A stretch of 43,467 nucleotides of DNA from contig JABHYW010000035.1 in NCBI GenBank assembly GCA_018656655.1, forward strand, positions 1-43,467, in the 5' to 3' direction. Made by a program: the position numbers and the translations under genes. Below, in pieces: positions 38,883 through 43,467 of the stretch (position 1 is the first letter of the stretch; each line of letters begins with the position of its first letter). Below the pieces are notes generated by a model. It was given only the letters and a program-made list of their open reading frames with translations. It made no database searches and was not told the DNA's origin. Source of the DNA: Candidatus Komeilibacteria bacterium. Its GTDB lineage: Bacteria; Patescibacteriota; Patescibacteriia; UBA1558; GWA2-36-10.

Positions 38883-39926
38883 TTATTTATCTTTTAACCA
38901 TGTCTCTACTAGGTTGACTTTTTTATTCTGACAGTCAATCTCTGCTTTCACTCCTAATGGTAAAATTAGTTGCGGATCAGTGTGACCAATATCAAAATTA
39001 GCCACAACTGGTAAATTTGGCTTATTAAATTCTTTTGAAATAATATTAATTATTTTATCTTCTAATTCTTTTTTTTCATCATCTGAGTAATCTCTTGCAC
39101 GTGAAAAAATAAACCCACTTATTTGATCAAATACGCCCAACATCCCATAGTTTCTTAAAACATGATCTACATAATGTAATGATGGTTTTTCTTCTGATGT
39201 CTCAAGAAAAAATATTTTATTTTTCCAAAATTTTTGCGAAGGCCAAAATTTTGTTGCCTTCATCATTTCTAAAACTTCAATACAGCCACCAAATAGCTCA
39301 CCCTGAACCCTTGTGTCCCCTTGAAGCCAGTGCCAGCCGTCATTATTTTTTAATTGATTCACTTTTCCTAAATTTTTTTTGTTTGCCCAATCAGGGTAAC
39401 CATCGGAATATTTTTCGTAAGCCTTGTATTCATAATTATCTCCTGGTTCAAAAAGTATTTCTCTAACATGAGCTTTAAAATTTTCTGGCAAACTGTTCAT
39501 TTGCGAAAAACCAGCCATAATTGACGGTCCATAAAAACTAATAAGTCCCAACAAAGAGGCAAACGTGTGAAGCGTTGAAGTGTCCGAATAGCCAATTAAT
39601 ATTTTTGGATTATTTATAATAATATCTTTATCTAGAAAGGGTAAAATACGTACCGAATCATCACCACCAATTGAGGTAAAAATAGCTTTGACCTCAGGAT
39701 CTGCAAAAGCATCATTAATATCTTTTGCTCTAATACGCGGATTATCCCTTAAAAAAGTTGGCTCCATTCTAGTTGTTGGGAATTCTTTAATTTGCAAACC
39801 CCAGCTCTTTAATATCTTGAGGCCATTTTCATATACGTGTGTAAATACGCTTGGCCCTCCCCAAGATGGAGACAAGACCGCTACTGTATCACCAGAATTT
39901 AATTTTCTTGATTTTTTATATTTCAT
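38883..39926 (-). CDS. S66-family LD-carboxypeptidase (MccF-like)
   Basis: RAKDINDAFADP, IGGDDS, GYSD nucleophile motif, FLETSE and DIGHTDP motifs. Confidence 0.93.
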   Translation of the reverse strand: MKYKKSRKLNSGDTVAVLSPSWGGPSVFTHVYENGLKILKSWGLQIKEFPTTRMEPTFLRDNPRIRAKDINDAFADPEVKAIFTSIGGDDSVRILPFLDKDIIINNPKILIGYSDTSTLHTFASLLGLISFYGPSIMAGFSQMNSLPENFKAHVREILFEPGDNYEYKAYEKYSDGYPDWANKKNLGKVNQLKNNDGWHWLQGDTRVQGELFGGCIEVLEMMKATKFWPSQKFWKNKIFFLETSEEKPSLHYVDHVLRNYGMLGVFDQISGFIFSRARDYSDDEKKELEDKIINIISKEFNKPNLPVVANFDIGHTDPQLILPLGVKAEIDCQNKKVNLVETWLKDK

Positions 39927-39929
39927 ATA

Positions 39930-39966
39930 TTAAGTATACAAAAAAACGCCTACTAAGGCGAATTTT
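39930..39966 (-). promoter_or_regulatory. Shared terminator/leaderless-promoter module (S66 cassette)
   Basis: Same 37-bp block as 38742-38778; TATACT 6 nt before ATG. Confidence 0.7.
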
Positions 39967-39967
39967 C

Positions 39968-40044
39968 TGGAGCTCCTTACGCCTGCCCTGAGCAAAATCC
40001 TGAGTTTATCGAAGGATGAGTCGAATGGGGACCTTGGTTATAAA
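39968..40044. repeat. Cassette-boundary repeat R3
   Basis: TGGAGCTCCTTACGCCTGCCCTGAGCAAAATCCTGAGTTTATCGAAGGATGAGTCGAATGGGGACCTTGGTTATAAA. Confidence 0.95.
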
Positions 40045-40057
40045 TTAATCTAAAAAA

Positions 40058-40306
40058 CTATTTACCTTGCTCTTTAACAATAAATACCAATATAATAACA
40101 AATGTAACAATTCCTAATAGATATAGATTCTCAGATCGTACTCCTATAAGATGAAGAAAGCTCGCAACTACAGCAATTAGCAAAAAATAAACTATTGGAT
40201 TTCCAAAAATTTTCTTGATATTCTTTCTATCTTCTACAATTGTGGCTATTAGAACACCGCCAAAGAATAAAAAAAATAAAATTACTATTATATAATCGAA
40301 AATCAT
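40058..40306 (-). CDS. Small three-TM membrane protein
   Basis: 82 aa, three hydrophobic segments; starts 16 bp after the NYN gene stop. Confidence 0.7.
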   Translation of the reverse strand: MIFDYIIVILFFLFFGGVLIATIVEDRKNIKKIFGNPIVYFLLIAVVASFLHLIGVRSENLYLLGIVTFVIILVFIVKEQGK

Positions 40307-40322
40307 ATATCTACTTTAATAA

Positions 40323-40874
40323 TTATAGAGATATTCGTTTAAAGAATGATTTACGAGCACGCCTTGTAATATCAGAAGATTTCCTTAAGGCTCCAGAAAA
40401 ATATCCTCTAAAAAATAAAACTTCTACCCGTTTACCAAGTTTTTTAGTATTTTCTAATGCGCTTGTAAAGTCGCCATCATTAGAAACAAGAACAACCGCA
40501 TCACATTCCCCTAGAGCAGCATGCGCCACCATATCTGAACAAATCTGAGTATCAACATTCTTTTCTTGTGGTTCTGATTTACCTCCCTGCAAATACCCGT
40601 ATTTAATTTCTACCTTGTCCAATTTATCCACTGCTGAATAATATTTACTTGCCATTGCATGCCTATTTCTACTCTCGTCACTTTCGCTAAGTAGCCATGC
40701 TGGCGGTGGTACACAATAAAAATAGACTTTACCTAATTCCCTTGAACCAACAAGTGATTTTGATAATTCTAAAGGATCATACATTTGAACCCAATAAGAA
40801 TCCTCTAAAGATTCGTTTATCTTCCTAATGTTTTTAAAAACATTGCTATTATCTATGTATACATTGACTTTCAT
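40323..40874 (-). CDS. NYN/LabA (PIN-like) domain ribonuclease
   Basis: VYIDNSN, QEKNVDTQI..DM, LVSNDGDF...G..VEV and L...SD acidic motifs. Confidence 0.92.
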   Translation of the reverse strand: MKVNVYIDNSNVFKNIRKINESLEDSYWVQMYDPLELSKSLVGSRELGKVYFYCVPPPAWLLSESDESRNRHAMASKYYSAVDKLDKVEIKYGYLQGGKSEPQEKNVDTQICSDMVAHAALGECDAVVLVSNDGDFTSALENTKKLGKRVEVLFFRGYFSGALRKSSDITRRARKSFFKRISL

Positions 40875-40902
40875 TGTGATGTGGTATTATTTTGAGTATA
40901 AC

Positions 40903-40968
40903 AAAAGAGGGCTTTCACCCCCTCTCGTTGCTTATCCTCGCCGAAGCAAAAGATAAGGATTTCTTAAT
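40903..40968 (-). ncRNA. Candidate two-hairpin RNA/leader upstream of the NYN gene
   Basis: Stem with cUUCGg tetraloop (40931-40957), then a GAAA-loop stem ending in a U-run (40903-40926); TTGACA at 41000-40995. Confidence 0.5.
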
Positions 40969-41068
40969 CTAAGTTTTACATGAAAGAGATTATTTGTCAA
41001 GTAGTTTAATACGTAAAAAATAACCCCTGAGGATTAGTTTTCATTTTTAGGTTATAAACCCAGGTGTC

Positions 41069-41145
41069 TGGAGCTCCTTACGCCTGCCCTGAGCAAAATC
41101 CTGAGTTTATCGAAGGATGAGTCGAATGGGAACCATGGTTATAAA
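41069..41145. repeat. Cassette-boundary repeat R4
   Basis: TGGAGCTCCTTACGCCTGCCCTGAGCAAAATCCTGAGTTTATCGAAGGATGAGTCGAATGGGAACCATGGTTATAAA; contains the peptidase E gene stop. Confidence 0.95.
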
Positions 41146-41765
41146 TTAATTTCTTTTTTATTACCAATTAATTCTACTTCATCATCTTTAACTAGTAGAG
41201 CCTGCTCATCATTTAAAATTTTTACTTGATATTTGGTATTTTTAATGGCATCTATAAGTATTTTTTTGTTCTTTGGATCATAATGTACAGACATTAAGAA
41301 CGGAACATAATTAAGCCCTGTCAAATCTTTTAAACTATACCTTGGTTTACTGTCTGTTTTCCATGTGGCCATTTCAATGGTAGGACACATTATATAGCTA
41401 CCAGCACTTGAACCCACATATACAATGCCTTCCTCTATCAATTTACGAAGTGTTTTATCAAAACCAGATTCTTTGATAACCTTCAATAGATAAAAAGTAT
41501 TACCTCCTTCTATATAAATAGCATCCTTATCTTTTAATTTAGCTAATAATTCATCTTGATTTTGCCCCTCAATATCAATTTCTTCAAAATCCCAACCCAT
41601 CTCAATCATACTATCCCTGCGTATCTCTAAATATGATAAATCATCAATAACTTTAGCTGCTGTCGTAATCCAGGCTACTTTTAAATCGCTACCTTGTTTA
41701 CCAATTATCTCTGGCAAAAATTTGCTGACAGTTTTTCCACTTGATGTTAATAATAGAGTTTTCAT
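41139..41765 (-). CDS. Peptidase E (S51)/class I glutamine amidotransferase-like protein
   Basis: LLLTSSG, ITTAA, GGNTFYLL, YVGSSAGS and SVHY motifs. Confidence 0.92.
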   Translation of the reverse strand: MKTLLLTSSGKTVSKFLPEIIGKQGSDLKVAWITTAAKVIDDLSYLEIRRDSMIEMGWDFEEIDIEGQNQDELLAKLKDKDAIYIEGGNTFYLLKVIKESGFDKTLRKLIEEGIVYVGSSAGSYIMCPTIEMATWKTDSKPRYSLKDLTGLNYVPFLMSVHYDPKNKKILIDAIKNTKYQVKILNDEQALLVKDDEVELIGNKKEINL

Positions 41766-41843
41766 AAATTAATATTATCAAAAAATGTCAACATTGGCGA
41801 ATTTTATACAAACAAAAAAACAAGTATTAAACTTGCTTTCTTG

Positions 41844-41872
41844 TGGAGCTCCTTATGGACCTTGGTTATAAA
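41844..41872. repeat. Cassette-boundary repeat R5 (short core, no insert)
   Basis: TGGAGCTCCTTATGGACCTTGGTTATAAA equals the two ends of R1-R4 joined. Confidence 0.9.
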
Positions 41873-41910
41873 TAAAAAGTACCCAATTATAATATAATTG
41901 GGTACCCTAA

Positions 41911-42288
41911 CTAAACACTTTGTATCTTAACTGTATTGTCTATTTTTTTAATTAATGCTTGCAATACTTTTCCAGGGCCAATTTCTGTAAAACTATTAGC
42001 GCCATCAAAAATCATATTCCTTATAGTTTGGGTCCACCTTACAGGCCGAACAAGTTGTGCAACTAAGTTTTGTTTTATTTCATCGGGATCAAGCGATGGA
42101 CTAGCACTTACATTCTGATATATTGGGCAAATAGGGCACTTGAATTTTGTGCCTTCAATTACAGTCCTAAGCTCCTGCTCAGCTACCTGCATCAATGGCG
42201 AGTGAAATGCTCCGCCAACTTCCAGCTGAATTATTTTTCTTGCGCCTTCTTTTTTGAGTTTAACAATGGCAATATCTAGATTGACCAG
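41911..42288 (-). pseudogene. fabD: 3' fragment of malonyl-CoA:ACP transacylase
   Basis: Frame reads ..GARKIIQLEVGGAFHSPLM..PVRWTQ..EIGPGKVL; in-frame TAG at 42291-42289 upstream; N-terminal GHSxG region absent. Confidence 0.85.
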
Positions 42289-42652
42289 CTATAAATTTTG
42301 ATTTATCTTTTTTGATATATTTTTTAATATTACTTAAAAAGTGAACTAATCATAGCAAAAAATTCTATAATTGTCAATAATACCCAATAAAATAAGGTGT
42401 TTTGAGGTGTTAGGGACTATAAGGCATGATTAGAGCCTTTTTTGATAAGAAATCTTGACATATATCTAAAAATTGGTTAGTTTTACTTTAAATAAACATA
42501 ATATATTGTCCTTTCACAAAAGAAAAAGTCACTCATTTTACAACCACAATTTTAACAATTTAGGAGGTGTGCAATGTTTACAAGCCTGACATCAGGCATC
42601 TTACTGGAGCATAGCTCCAGATTGTTTCGTACTTATAACCGAAGGAGTAGCC

Positions 42653-43096
42653 ATGTCTAGATATCCCTACCTTCCGGTCATCCACACGGATGACGACAAT
42701 CGTCTTGAAATGAACTCTTTCCGTCACGAGCTCTTGAGAAACCTAATACTCCCTACTTTCCATAGTCCTTCTACTATAGTCGTGGAAGATCCTATGACTG
42801 TGGTAGCTCGAGAAGAGCCCAAGTTGGTTATTGACCTTTACAAAAAGGGTCTCGAGACCAAAGAGCGAATGCATTATTTAGATGTTGCTTCTTCTCTTAA
42901 ACAAAAGCGTGATGATGTTCTTTCGCAGTTGGCGTCTGACCACTCTAAGCTTTTGGCTCAAGCGGTTGTATCTCGTCCTGACATGAATACTTTTGAGGTT
43001 GAAACCGAAACGCCATTCGAACAGTCCTTGTTCGATAGAGTTTTCAGAATGGGTACCAGAAATCTGAGCCTCAAAACTACCTTGAAACTCAGTTAA
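42653..43096 (+). CDS. Hypothetical protein
   Basis: 147-aa ORF with GAAGGAG SD; composition less AT-rich than the core genes. Confidence 0.7.
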   Translation: MSRYPYLPVIHTDDDNRLEMNSFRHELLRNLILPTFHSPSTIVVEDPMTVVAREEPKLVIDLYKKGLETKERMHYLDVASSLKQKRDDVLSQLASDHSKLLAQAVVSRPDMNTFEVETETPFEQSLFDRVFRMGTRNLSLKTTLKLS

Positions 43097-43111
43097 ATCA
43101 GGAGGTCTATA

Positions 43112-43467
43112 ATGAAGCACTCAAGTAGCACTTCGTATGCAACTCCTTGGTTTGTCTGGCTAGTCTTTCTGATTGCTTCTCCTATAGTCATAATTTGGGG
43201 CCTACATGTGGAAGAGCATACAATTACTCTGCATTGGCGTTTTGATTATGATACTCGAATGAAAATTGCACAGGCAATTCAGCTAATCGGGTTCTTGCTA
43301 CCCTCTGTGGGCATTGTGGTTGCTCTTATTTTGCGACGCAAGGCTAAAAAGAAGGTAAGTTCTTTAGGTCTTGAATCTGCGAATCAAGTAGCTGGAGCAT
43401 GGGAAGCTAATCGTGAATTGGATGATCTCAGGAAAATGCAACTCTCATTTACCATTCCTCATGGGAT
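43112..43467 (+). CDS. Hypothetical membrane protein (runs off window end)
   Basis: AGGAGG SD then ATG at 43112; MKHSSSTSYATPWFVWLVFLIAS... with two TM segments, open to the end. Confidence 0.7.
   Translation, partial: MKHSSSTSYATPWFVWLVFLIASPIVIIWGLHVEEHTITLHWRFDYDTRMKIAQAIQLIGFLLPSVGIVVALILRRKAKKKVSSLGLESANQVAGAWEANRELDDLRKMQLSFTIPHG

Noticed and set aside
38038..41872. CRISPR array
   Set aside because: Repeats are ~77 bp, spacers are 0.7-1.1 kb whole genes, and no cas genes are present
38038..41872. Canonical integron attC sites with IntI
   Set aside because: A TATAAC end is present but no conserved complementary GTTRRRY end or L boxes; neither Xer-like protein shows an obvious IntI-specific insertion

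Overview
AT-rich bacterial chromosome segment. It is most likely from a Patescibacteria/CPR (Parcubacteria-like) genome, inferred from the compact housekeeping genes, short AlaS, insertion in the SecA SEC-C motif and few Shine-Dalgarno motifs. From 1 to 14.4 kb all genes are on the + strand: rplM end, rpsI, a Wzx/glycosyltransferase/O-antigen-ligase glycan cluster, lysS, rdgB, cyclophilin, serS, alr and an ftsQ-like gene. At 14.45 kb a 28-bp 11-6-11 dif-like site sits at the predicted transcription start of an operon of two intact Xer-type tyrosine recombinases flanking a PD-(D/E)XK-like gene. Gene orientation turns mostly to the - strand just after this, suggesting the replication terminus. 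17-36 kb is mostly housekeeping (M23 peptidase, gltX, WecB/TagA, thpR, def/fmt, pyrD, secA, hpf, alaS, greA) and also holds three promoter- and terminator-bounded structured non-coding RNA candidates and an unlisted 44-aa basic ORF. The most striking element is 38.0-42.3 kb: an integron-like but non-attC array of co-oriented cassettes (HAD phosphatase, S66 peptidase, NYN nuclease plus membrane protein, peptidase E, truncated fabD). The cassettes are separated by five copies of a conserved repeat: a 29-bp core, with four copies carrying the same ~48-bp nested REP-like insert. The repeat supplies stop codons to two cassettes, and three cassettes share a terminator plus leaderless-promoter module. 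All functional calls are from motif recognition only; no searches were run.
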